Assembly: GCF_003918875.1 (NCBI RefSeq)
Contig: NW_025767524.1
Location: forward strand, 2,294,001 to 2,358,000
Length of the DNA stretch: 64,000 nucleotides
Origin: Haliotis rubra
Taxonomy: Eukaryota
Reading direction: 5' to 3'
The notes beneath the pieces were generated by a model. The model saw only the letters and a program-made list of their open reading frames with translations, had not been told where the DNA came from and did no database searches. This document shows, piece by piece, positions 23,696-37,500 of the stretch; within the stretch, counting starts at the first letter, position 1; each line of letters opens with the position of its first letter. A program made the translations under genes and the position numbers.

Positions 23696-25583
23696 TAAAT
23701 GAAATACTGACTGATGAACGATTTCATCTAAATACTTCTTTGTAAACACACTCAACACAACTTGTAGCAAGGGCTTTCAGCAATTACAAGCAAATCATAA
23801 CACTACATTACTACTGAACACAATGCAAGTAGAATAGCACTCAAAATTCAATTTTACATCTCAAAATCTTTGACTCAGAATTTACTTTTTTCAAAAAAAG
23901 AAAAGATCAATATTTAAATTTTTTTTTAAAAAGTTTTGATCTGTACCATCATGATATCTTTTTTAAATCTGTGAAAATATTTGCATTTTTAGCTTAAAAA
24001 ATGTATTGTTCCAGTCTCATTAAAATCAGATATTAGTGCTCACTACTGGTACACAAAGATCAAAGAATATCCCATGGAGTTCACGCAAGAATGATGTTCA
24101 TCTGACCAATCAGAGCTTGATTTACAAGATTGCACAAGTCAAAGTGTGAATATATTTTGTAACCATGCACCCTCTTAAAGGTTAACATTGGGGATTCCAA
24201 ATGAAATCATTGTCTCGATAACAATGCAATTTAAGAGTGCTAATTGGTTCAGTCTGTCCATGGTGGCTCCTGCTTCACAGATCTTGTGTGCCTCTGATCT
24301 CTTGGGTTAGTTGTGTTTTGGTTTGAGAAGGTTACTCCCATGTTATTCCTCAGTCCTTTGATCCCCTTTCCAATCAAGACCCCTTTTTGATCAAACACCT
24401 CTTCACAATCCTCAAGACTGGGCACCACTTGCCAACTCCCCGTTATTATCCTTTAGGTTAGTTGTGATTTGAAGAAAAGGTTACAAACTACAATTATTTT
24501 TCTCAAGGGGCTACTGTGTATGCACAGAAACGTGCTGATGATGAGACCTCAGTATTTGTGATAGTGCCCATGATCCTATAGTAGGCCTTAGATTAACTCA
24601 TTAATCTAGCTTAACTCCATGCTGGCAGTGAGTTTGATCAACCATGTCATGCTAACTGAAATCTGACAAAAATATATCCAGTGAAGTGCAATACACCCTC
24701 AAAGTAATTTCAATCTCAGTCTGAAATGGAATTGCCATTTTGAAACCAGTGCCACAAAACTCTAGGAAGCTGCTTTCTGATTGGCTAGTTGGCATCCTCT
24801 TGCAGTAATTACATTAGGAGGTCAAAGGTCCTGAAATGAGCTGTAGTTGGTTGTCCTCTGATTTTAGGGTAGTGGTAGTGAGCACAAAGATCTGATTTTA
24901 AAGAATTTGTGTTCTGTTCCTCAATCTCATGAACAGGACAGTTATACACTGAACATGAAGCACTTTGTAAGTCTAACAAATGAAAGTAGGACTTGTTTAA
25001 TGGATGTATTGAGTCAGTTCCTTTCCTGACTTCTGGAACAAACCAAAAATCTCCACTGGAAACATGAGTAAATCCAACATGGACTCTCAGGGTGTTCTTG
25101 TACCATGACCTTCAAAATGACACAGCACTTTGTATTGTGAATCACAAATAACATTCTCTCCCATTTCAAATTATACCCTTGTTCCGCTGTTCACAATATT
25201 AATAGCCATACCTAAAAGCAATCATTTTCAGATTCTTGATAAAACTAAACATGTATTTGTACTCAGTGCGGGACCTTTATATTGACAAAAGGTGATCGAC
25301 CAGCATGATACTATCATTACATTTCAGAAACAAAATGCAACATTGAACTAAAACAAGAGAGTGAAAACTCTCATAACAATGTGGCAGCCATTATTACTCA
25401 ACAAGCAAATTCTAATACAGATTCTGCTTGCAAAGAACTGTTTAAGCATTAGTTTTTCAAATTATAAAAGTTCCTGAGATGACTTCTTCCATAGCTCTCT
25501 CTCTTTATGTATAAAAAGCCTAAGGCTGCAATATAAGACACATGATTCAGACTTTCAACCCGATAAATTTCACATAAAAGATA

Positions 25584-28500
25584 TCAACGGAAGTATAACA
25601 AATTCCGGGCCTTATATTTTGTGTCTATGTCAACTCCTCCATAGTCAAAGGCCCTAACTTTTGCTTTGATCAATCGGTCTTTCAGTTCTTGGCGTTTCGC
25701 CAATTCTTTTGTGTATATGTCATCATAATCTTTCACTTCTGTCACGTAGTCCGGGACACGTTGACGATGACGAAGATTTTCCTTGCCATACATGTCAAAC
25801 GATACACGTTTCTTTGGGGTATCTGCCTCCTTCTTTCCTTTGGAAAGACAAGAGTGAGGAGACTCTAGATCGGCTAATTCTGAAAATATACAACGACAAT
25901 GTTAGAAGTTATCTGTGGTTTGAGACAAGCATGGTGCGGAAATTATACCACAGCATTGTTAAGTTAGAGGTACTTGAGTTAAAGAGTGAATGAGTTTAGT
26001 TTAATACGGTTTTTAATAGTTTTCCAGTTATTTTATGGCCTGTCACTTCTGTGTGGGAGGAAAATCTGTCTTATACATTGAGCACTTTGGTGAAACCATT
26101 GGTATTGAGCTAACAAATCTAGAAATAGTGTTGGAGTGAACCCGATGAACCCACTATCCCAGGTTTCCTGCATGCTCAAGGAATGCAATTCTGCAAATAG
26201 CGGTGAAGTTAATGACGCAACCATCCATGCTGCTTGGCATTTAGAGGTTTTGGCCAGCAAAATGCCTTCATAAATACCACCAATCAGGGTCCAGATAGAA
26301 TGTATCCTAGCCTTCATTGCATTGGATATTCATAAGTCTTGCTAAAAATAAGTTTCGTCATATATTTAACAGACAAACTCAATGTTTTCCAAAGGTATAC
26401 CTCGAAATGTATCTGAAAAGCAAATGCAGAATATCCCCTCAAGTACAAACATTACAATGCACTCACTATTACCACTAACTATCAAGTTATGTGGTATCAC
26501 AATACTTTCTGATACATACCTGTTCTGTCATGAAGCTTTGTAGGCTATTTGTGCAAATGGTGCTTGTACAAACAACACAACAATTATATTTTCTGAAACT
26601 TTAATGTTTTCAAATTTGGCAGAAACACATTTTATTTTGGCACATTACCGAACCTGCGGTATAAAAATATTCTTGCTGTCGTACCTGAAGATTATCTTAA
26701 CAACTAGACAGTAAATGACAAACCTTTAGCTGAGACATTTATGTGAGACAGACATGATATGTTCTGATGACCATGTACAAGTACTATACATGCACTATCT
26801 ACATACAAACAAGCAAATGTTAAAGGTACCAATATATACATATGAAGGGTGACTAAGACATAGGTGTCATAACACATACTGAATGTACTACAATCCTGGG
26901 CAGCCTGGGCCCCGTTCACAAAACTCTCGTAAGCCTAAGATCTGGTAAATTGCTATGGACAATTCTAGTTACATTATGCAAGAATTTTTGCTACTACTTG
27001 TAAGCTGAACAATTTGGTGACACCATTAATGTCCAATTGAGGGTCATAAGTTTCACAAATGATTTCATTTTCAAAACACTATGGCGTATGTAGAAGTCAT
27101 GCCATTCTAATGAAATTAGACTCAGTTTGTTACAGATATTTGTCCATTTGGCAAAGTTTTACCAATCTCAAGCAATTTTGTAACATGTACAGGGCTGTAG
27201 TACAATCCATATGAACTATGTAAGCTGTATGATACAGGGTGCCGTTCCACTAACTGATCTTAGCTCTACGCCAATCGAAAACCCTAAAATCCCAATCTTA
27301 GCGTGATGTTACGATCGGCATACCGTTCCACTAACCGATCTTAGCCAAGCCAATCGTAAAGTTAAGATCCAAAGTCTATGTTGCTCATGACCAACTTAAG
27401 ATCGCTAAAATCAATTGTAGAGAAACCAAAATGGCGGCTTTCATTATTCTATGTGAAGAAGAAGAGCGAGCATTACACTGTGAGCGTGTTTTTCGAGACT
27501 GCTCACCGATTCTAGATACCTTATCAGATGATGTGATTGTAGCGAGTACAGAATGCCTTGTCACGCCTTGTTTATGCTGATTGACAAGGTTCATCCACAT
27601 GGTTATGCTAAATACCCAGAGTTAATGGGCACATGCCTGAAATCAAGGTGCTCACTACCCTAAAACTGCTCTTTTTCGCTCGAGGTTTCTTCTCCACTTA
27701 ACACTTGGTTCCAAACCTACCTCCATCGTCAACTTGACTATGCAAAGGGAGATAACTCGTGAATCACATTTTTTCTCTCACGCGAAAGTCTCGATCTTTT
27801 CTAGGATCGGTTGTAAGATCGGGATCGGCTACGATCGGCCTAAGATCGGATAGTGGAACAGGCGTAACTTTTGGCAAATACGATTGTAAAATTGGCGTAA
27901 CTTGCTAAGATTGATCTCAGATAAGATCGTTTAGTGGAATGGCACCCTGGGTGTGAAATCTGCTAGAGCCTATAATCATGCACCACTAGGACAGGATGAA
28001 TCATACACCGATGATGAAGGGAAGGCACTATGTAAGTATAAGATCACCAATAACAACACACATGATCAGTAAAGGAAAATCAGTGATATTTTTGTTATTT
28101 TGGACATACAGTAAAAAAAAGTAGGATGCAGACTGCAGTAGAAGTCAGTGAGAAATATCTATATCACATGAAGCTAAAGAGCATGAAAGGTAACAACTAC
28201 AAGCTTCTACAGAAAAAGACGACAGCTTGAGTTTATAGCTAACTGCTATCAGTCATGAAGGACATTACTGACTTACTGACACAAACATCTGATGTTTTAG
28301 AAGCTGCAGTTAGCTGAAGTCAGAGTTGACTAGTGGATTTTAACTTCTTTATTCTTTCAATGCAATATTTTGTTACAACACCTTGATAAAGGTAATAGCT
28401 TATTTGCAGAAATGTGGCATTGTAAGAAAACGGAAGTTGACATCAATAAGTCATAGGGCTGACTTAAAGATCAACAATCAGAAATATTGTCACAGGGAAA

Positions 28501-31500
28501 ATTAGCAATGATTATCAATATAAACTCTGTGTCATCGATAATATCTTACATAAACCATGGAGATAAAACAATGTTTTGCTCCGGTTGGAAATCCTATACA
28601 TAAACAATTTAACTCTTCCATAGCTATTAAATACACAAAGTTACATCTCTGTTTAAGGGCGATTTCTACTTTATGTTCAGAATGCTGTTTTGGTTGGTAA
28701 TCCATTCATATACAGTAAAATCCTGATGAGTCGAATGCCGGTGTCTCGAATATTATGCATAACTCGAAGTACCTGTCGGTCCCAACCATTCCCTGTTATA
28801 GTTGTCATCATTTGATTTCCGGTTACACGAATTCGTCTCATAAATACACACGATGACTCGAGAAGGAAATTTGGTCCCATGAGATTAAAACAACAGCAAT
28901 CTTGTATACATAAGCCGAAGTCAGTCAATGAGAAGTTGACCGGTGTAGCAAACTGATCCAATTAACAAACCAGTGCGGCTCACAACTTTCCGCCATTGAC
29001 GGGTGAGTTCAAAGGCAGATTAGTGATTTTACGGAAATCACTGTCTGTGCTAGTCAGACTGGACTGACTGATGACTGACTGGTTTGGTTTCACCCCTATT
29101 ATATTCCAGCAAAATCATTAGATAAACAAATGCTTCAGGGCGGATTGGAATTAGGATTGAAATCATCTTTTTTTCTACCCTCACTAGACATACCTATTAT
29201 GTAGGGAAATCATTAGAATACAAATGCGATTAAGTCTGGAATTTATTTTTACCCTCATAGACATACCCTCAGCGACATCGATAAGTCGAATTTATTACTT
29301 GGTCCCCAGCGATTGGACTCATCTGGATTTGACTGTATATAAAGACTCACTAGTGAAATGAAATATGTTGATCACATTCCAACTTTGATTTGGGATTTGT
29401 GCTTCCCTGATATCATGGATGATCAACAATATCTAGTTAATGATTATTGATCTCTATCAACAGTCAGCCCTAATCAGTCAACTCAGTCACAGATATGCTA
29501 TGTCAGGTGTCAGGTGTCAGGTGTCAGTGATATATTGCACATACAGCAGCATCTGATACAGGATGAAATGATACATGACGTCTGGATCTATACAACACAT
29601 CAGTCCATGATACGATACAACATACAATTTCATCTGGCTTTTCAATAGGGGAAGGCAGACTATGAGTGTTAGTTGTTTTCTTAGCATTAACTGGCTCTTG
29701 TTAAAAGTTTTCTGGCATAACTAACTTCAAAGGCACATAATACATTTGTGGTTAATAACTTCATCAATAGTATCAGTTTACAAAGCTGTCAAACTGCTCC
29801 AATGTCAGGGAGAAAACATGACTTTGGACCCTACCAACTCAACTCAGTCAAACGCTCAGTGGCTTTTATGCACTGACTGACTGACTGAGTTTGGTTTTAC
29901 GCGGCTTTTAGCAATATTCCAGCAACATCACGGCGGGGGACACCAGAAATGAGCTTCACACATTGTACCCAGGCTATCATGGAATATTCCCACCTTTTGG
30001 AATAGTTGTTGAATTCCTTTGACATGGCTAAGGACATTTGACATTAGTTCAGACGGGAAGAATCCTCAGTTCCTCAATGTTCTGTTTGTTTAATATTTTA
30101 CATGTCAGCCATAATATTTAATTACTTTGTTCGATTCTGTCCAAACATACTGAAGCAGTCCTACTTTATGTTAAAGTTTGATAATCTCTTATAGAGTATC
30201 ATAATTAAATGTAAAGAAAACTACACTGTAGAAAACATCATCAAGTCTGCTTTTGAATACAAAGACGTATTGTGATGAAGATCATATCATGGAACAAATG
30301 TCATGCATATCATGCTGTGATCAGTAACAAATCATCATATCAGTCAGTTGATTCTCTGAAGCGGAGAGCGAGATGGTTTAGAGCGGACATGACAAAGCTT
30401 GTTAGTAGGCAGTCTTGGTGGTGGCACTACAAAGCCAGCAGGAAGGCACACAGGTGAGATGTTCTCTCCATTCTGTAGGCTGTATTTCCTACCTGGGATG
30501 TGGGTGGGGGATCCTTCGGCCACCCTGGGACTGCAGTAGAGATTCTCATCTATCACAGAGCCCCCTTGACCTTTACACTGGGACAGGAGCTCCATAGCTC
30601 TGAAATTACACACATCTTTGGTGCTTTGATCTGGTATAAAATGTTTTCAGTCTAAGTAAACTTAGGCTCAGTATTATTCATTACACTGCTATACTGAGTC
30701 TAACAAAACCTAGTAGAAGGTCGCGTCAGCTAACCTTTTGGACTGACCAATCATAACACAGCTTACCAAATCGCGAAAGATAACATTCGCACATACCGTT
30801 TGAACCGTTACCTAAAAAACTCGAACAATTCCGAATGCTATTTTCCGCACGATCGCTTCCGAGTGATACACGCAATGAGTAAACAGTCGCTGAAAACAGC
30901 GTTTTTGTCAATATTCAAGGATGTTATCTTGCGAAAATATAAGCAAATAGTAACCATGTCACTAGAAACCCCCTAGCATATATACTGCAGGTCAAATATC
31001 TGTGTTTTATGCGGATTTTCGTTTGTTGATAGATCAGTGTCGGCGACCAGGGAAGAGAAAATCCCAAAACCGTTTTGTAAGTCCCGCCGAACCCTAACAA
31101 GTAATCGTTGTCTGATTGGTTAAATCAGTTCGGCCGTCTCGCGTTTGATTGGACGGTCATAGGTCGCTCAAAGGTTAGCTGACGCGACCTTCTACTACGT
31201 TTTGTTAGACTCAGTATAGCAGTGTAATGAATAATACTGAGCCTAAGTTTACTTAGACTAAAACAATAGTGAAAAAAATATCAATGATATATGAATAAAG
31301 TCACATCAATATTTAGCAAATTGGCATTTTGTTGGCATGAAGTTTTACCATGTAGCTGCAATATATATTCACATTGCAGGAAAGGTTACAATTTGTCAAG
31401 GTGTGCACGGTGGCACTCTGTGTGTGAGGGTATGCAGTGTCTTGATCTCCTTTACTTTAGTTCCCCCCTTTGCCACAAAATATTTGCCCATGGGTCAGGT

Positions 31501-34500
31501 GACCTACTTACTGTGAAGTGAGTGAGTGAGTGAGTGAGAGTTTAGTGTAGTTTCATGCAGCTTTTAGCAATATTCCAGCAATATCATGGCGGTGGATACC
31601 ACAAATGGGCTTCACACATTGTGCCCATATGGGTTATCGAACCTGGGTGTTTGGCATGACTAGCAAATGCCTAATCCACTAGGCTACTCTACCGCCCCTT
31701 TTCTGTGAAGACAATGGCCTCAAGCTGAGGACTAGATCACTTATGATTCAAAGCCCCATGAGAAACTGAAGGACACCTACATTTCCCTGTCTGAGGGTAA
31801 CACCATGACAATGGGGATATCCCAATCCAAACAAACATTTATATCATCAATGTTATGTTGTATGCCCAATTCCCACACGTGACAAGGGCATGGAAAACCT
31901 CTTTAACATCTGAAAACATTTAGTTACCCATAAACTAGTAAGGACTAGAATATCAAGCTTAAGCCATCTACCTTTTCAGTTTATCATCTGCAAGTTTCTC
32001 CTTTAATGCAAGACTTCTTTCTCTACCTGAAAGAATCATCACATTTAAATACTGGATTGTGACCAAAGGTTTGACAACAATGGATACATGATCTGAAAAC
32101 CTTTGACCATGGATTCCATTTACACCTTTCCACTTCTTGCACAATATTATACATATGTAAGTAATGTTTCAGTTTTAAAAAAGCAATACATCAATCATGA
32201 GTGATTGAGTGAATTTAGTTTTACTCCGCTTTCAGCTATATTCCAGATATATGGCAGCTGTCTGTAAATAATCGAGTCTGGACTAGACATTCCAGTGATC
32301 AACAGCATGAGCATCGATCTATGCAATTGGGATACGATGACACGTGTCAACCAAATCAGCAAACCTGACCACCTGATCCCGATAGTCACCTTTTACAATA
32401 AGCATGAGTTACTGAAGATCAATTTTAACACGGATCTGCATGGTTGTCATCAATCAAGAAAAACAATAATGATGGGGTAACATACAAGATCGGTAAATTT
32501 GATAAGGTCCACATGATCAGCACGGAAACATATAGATTTTATGCCTTATCTTTAATTAAAGGGGACAAGGAAAACATCTGACTTACTGTCAAGCTCTTTC
32601 TCACGAAGATCCAGCTGTCTAAGCTTAGCACGCAGTTCCTCTTCAAGGCGTAAGATTCTATCAGGTGGTGGCGGTGCTGAAGAATCACTCTCACTGCGTG
32701 AACTGCGATGGGATAATCTTTCTCTCATACCAACCACAAGACTGTCATTCAGAATATCCTCAATGCCTGGCCTCCGAACAACCTAAAAAAGATACAAAGT
32801 AAAATTCGTACAAACCTATAGAGGTTATTGATTCTTTGAAGAAAGTCCTCCTTGGGGTACATAAGCACTGAAATGTCGCTTTTAAGGCCTACGACAGTTG
32901 TAACTATATTTTTTAATTGTTCTCTTGTGAGGCCACCCTACAGGGCCCCTCCTACAGCCAAGAGCAGGTAACTCTACCTCGCACCTCACTTTTCGTGCTG
33001 AACGTATCAGACAGAATGAGGGGAGGCGGGAGAGTACCCCAAGGAGGACTTTCTTCAAAGAATCAACCTCTACAGGTTTGTACGATTCTTTTTTCAGAAA
33101 AAGTCCTCCTTGGGGTACATATAAGCATTAGACAGACTCCCAAAGATATTTGAGTCAGGAGCGGCATTCTGTCTGACATAACGATCCATTGGAAGTAATA
33201 TTCTACAACCTAGCGGAGATAGAAAATTACACTTACCCAGGCACCTGACCGCCGATGTCAATCAAGGCGTGGGGCGTAGCTAGGGCAAGGACCCAGAATG
33301 TCTAGCTTATATGTGATTGGATAACGGTGTCAAGTCACTTACATAACCCCAACCCCCAACCCAAGGTGTGGAGGAGTAACTATGGGGTACTCGCCAAAAC
33401 AAACCACTATCAGAAAACGCTCTTTAGCCAGCAAAGGCATGGTGAAGAGGAAAGTATGAGTAAAGTACAAGACACAGAAATACCAAAGTAGAGCGGGGAT
33501 AAGAACCATCACCAAATACCACCACTGATAAAAGGAGAACGATAAAAACCTGACACCAAGTAGATTACAGAGTAAATGATCCCGAAAGCTAGAGCGGTAT
33601 TACTCTGTCCACTGTGGAGAACTGTCTGGCCAAACCGAGCACGCTCACGCGAGTGTTTGTCCAGCTGATAATTGGCGGATGAACATACTCGGGTCGGCTC
33701 CAAATAGCCTCAGTGGGCAGAGCACATCAGCATGAATGTGGAGGTGGCAACTGCTCTATCCGAATGAGCTTTAAAGGCCCTCTGGAGGGGACAAGCATGA
33801 CTGTGTGTACTTCAACTAAAGTCAAAGAAAGGTTGAGAATGTAACCCATACATCTCAAGATAGTTTGTTTATTAGCTGGTTGCCCAGCCTTGCTGAAAGG
33901 TGATTCGGGTGTGGCGCCGTTCTGGATAGTACTCCTCTCGACCTCTGGGAGATAGTACAGGAGCCTGAACTAGCAACCTGAAACGGCAGCCTGCTTATCT
34001 TTAACAGATAGCCCACAGTCCTCGAGCAGGCATCCGGCTTAATATATGCCTTAGAGTGAAATGACCTGAACAAGTGGAAGATAACATCTAGGGCTAGTAC
34101 TACATTGTGAGCGCTGAGGCCCTGGGGACTGCACCAAAGGTAACTGCCATGCCTTGTAAAACAATCCTCTAGGACTTTGGATATTCGACCTGTTCCCAAG
34201 AAGAGAGACAGAGAAACTATGCCCTGCTGTATCTCGAATCTCTCCAGGACCACCCCAAGAAAACCAGATCCTGTCAGAATCCTCTCGAGAACCAGCTCTT
34301 GAGGTTGATAATCCAAGCCCTAACTTGGTGAGGAGTATCCATCACTGAGACGGGAAACTATGCCTGTGTGGAATCTAGCCCCGAAAACTCAAGAGGGTGG
34401 CGAAGTATCCATCACCGCTGAATCCGTAGACCAGCTCGCCAGTCGCCCAAGCATGGGTAACAAAATTGCCCTGTACCCTGGCGATCTGAGCTGGAATGAG

Positions 34501-37500
34501 CATAAGTTTGGTAAACAGCCTTGGCGCCGTGGAGATGCTGAAGGGGAGTACACGAAACTGATAGCACTTCCCGTCGAAGGAAAACCTGAGGTATTTCCTG
34601 AAGTCGGGGTGCATTGGAACATGGAGGTTTGCATCTTTGAGGTCGATTGACGTGAGCCAATTCCCTGCCTCTACAGACGGGATCACTGAACGCAGTGTCT
34701 CCATCTTGAAAGACGGCACCTCTATCATGTCGTTCAGCCCTTTAGAATGGGTCTGAACCCATTTCCTTCTTGGTAACCAGGAAATATGTGGAGTAAAACC
34801 CCAGGTTCCCATGGCCCAACGGAACCATCTCTATGGCTGCCTTGTCCAGCAACGACTGGACCTCAGCACAGAGCGTATCTGCCTTCTTCTGAGCGTTCGG
34901 CACCAGAGTACATGGAATCCTGGAGAAGGGAGGTGAGCCTCGCTTCCACTATGGCAAATGGCCATCCCTGAGCGTGGACATGACCCAGGAATTTGAGGCG
35001 ACTTTCTCCCACTCCTGAAGGAATAGAGAAAGTCGGCCGCCGACAGGGATATCAGGTAACAGGCAATGGATCCTGGTGGTCGGCACTCATCATCTGGCTT
35101 GCACACAACCATATGGCGTCGCATGCCAGATGCAAGTGCACCTCCGTCAGCTGCCTTGCAAACATGGATGATGACGAATCGTCGTCCACTGCCCCCTGGT
35201 TCACAAGCTGTCTTTGCAGGCTGAAAGGTAAGCAGAGTAAACTATAACTTTCAGTTGCTGAACTGCATTGCAATATTGTTCTTCGAAGGAACAATATGCT
35301 GACTTCAGACCTTGGTTATTGGAGGTAGATGGCGGTAGGCGCTGGCCTTGCCTAGGCGAACCTTGCGAGTGACCGGTAGACCCCCCGAGGGCAACCGTTC
35401 GGCATCAGGAGGGTCATTAAGCCCCTCCTCTCCCATCAGATAAGCTGATTGAGCTCCGGGATATCGAATCGAGGGCGGCTATCTGACAGGAGAAGGGTTA
35501 ATAACCTCCCAATAAGCGATGGGAGGAATCCATAGTGGGTCTCTCGACCCAAGACAGAACAAAAGCGCCGGGAAGTCTGAAGACCGTGGGGTCGGGGCCA
35601 TCCAAAGGGACGACTACCTGAGGCAAAACCCCCGTCCTCATCCATGGCTTCCTCATCATGCTCCTCGAGGATAGAGCTCTCTGTCTCGAGAGATAACTCT
35701 GGTGACTCTGGCAGATGAATTTCGTCACTAGCCCCCGGACGGACGGAGACCGGACATCGCATCCAAAATCAGTGACTTTAGGTTTTAAAATGGACATTTT
35801 AGTGCTTATATGTACCCCAAGGAGGACTTCCTCTGAAAAAGAATAATCAGGCACTTTGTATTCTTTCAATAACTTGGTTTACAGATCCCCTCAAATGTAG
35901 AGTTGTTGGCTGAAAGAACAATAACAATGTAGAACATTCTAAAACACATAAATGTGATTTTTATTGTCAAAATTCGGTCGTCAGGTGAAATGATTATTTC
36001 ACAGTGCAACTTATTAACACTTAGCGATAAGCAAACCCTGCAGAGAATGATGCCGTAATTCCACCCACCTCTGCTAACTCGAATCATCTTCCTTATCACT
36101 TGATCTAGCTGGTCTGAGTACGAGATGGAAGGCGAAGCAAAGTCACCAATGCGGATTTTGCGATTAAGTTCTGTCTGACTTGTGGCAGTGAATGGAGGGT
36201 AGAGAGCACACAACTCATACAGCATGCACCCCATTGCCCAAATGTCAGACTTCTCATTGTAAGACTTATATTGTTGACTAGTTCCTGCAAATGAAGAATT
36301 GAAAAAAAAGTTAATGACATTGAATTTTGACATTCAGCTGTATTGAACATTGTCTATTGAACACACAATGAACATTGTTAAAATAATTCTACGGGAGACA
36401 TGTAATATGGAGTTCCAACATAGGTCTTAGCGAAACTTGTTTCATGATGCAGTACCGGGCTAGTCAAAGTCTCAAGTTTTACATTCTTGTCTGCATCCAG
36501 GAACACATTTGCAGGCTTGAGATCTCGATGAAGAACAGCTTTGCCATTTTTGATCTATGGCATTCTTGTATGGTTGAATAGAGAAAGTCGGCCGCCGACA
36601 GGGATATCAGGTAACAGGCAATGGATCCTGGTGGTCGGCACTTATCATCTGGCCTGCACACAACCATATGGCGTCGCGTGCCAGATGCAAGTGCACCTCC
36701 GTCAGCTGCCTCGCCAACATGGACGACGACGAATCATCATCCATGCCCCCCTGGTTAACAAGCTGTCTTTGCAGGCCGAAAGGTAGGCAGAGTGAACTAT
36801 AACTTTCAGTTGCTGAACTGCATTGCAATATTGTTCTTCGAAGGGCCTTCGATATGCTGACTTCAGACCTTGGTTATTGGAGGTAGATGGCGGTAGGCGC
36901 CGGCCTTGCCTAGCTGAAGCTTGCGTGTGACCGGTAGACCCCCCGAGGGCAACCGAGGCATAGATGCACTCATTAAGCCCCTCCTCCCCCATCAGATAGG
37001 GCTGATTGAGCTCCGGGAGATCGAATCGAGAGCGGCTATCTGACAGGAGAGGGTTAATAACCTCCCCAATAAGCGATGGGAGAATCCATAGTTGGGTCTC
37101 TACGACCCAAGACAGAGCAAAAGCTTCGCCGGGAAGTCTGAAGACCATGGGGTCAGGGCCGTCCGTAGGGACGACTACCTGAGGCAAAACCCCCGTCCTC
37201 ATCCATGGCTTCCTCATCACGCTCCTCGAGGATAGAGCTCTCCATCTCGAAAGATAACTCTGGTGACTCTGGCAGATGAATTTCGCCACTAGCCCGGACG
37301 GAGACCAGACATCGCATCCAAGATCAGTGACTTAATGGAGGTCATCTGCTGCTGCAAAATTGAAGACAGATCAGACATGGTTAATGGTGGAAGAGCTGAT
37401 TGTTCAGAGTGAGTGAGTGAGTGAGTTGGTTTTATGCCGCTTTTAGCAATATTCCAGCAATATCATGGCGGGCAACACCATAAATGGGCTTCACACATTG

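Noticed and set aside
28330-28450. Penelope-type terminal repeat or hammerhead-like motif
   Set aside because: Too degenerate; the catalytic core could not be reconstructed by eye.
35866-36333. Second NEK kinase gene
   Set aside because: Near-identical partial copy of NEK2 exons 3-4 plus introns, with frameshifts and no other exons.
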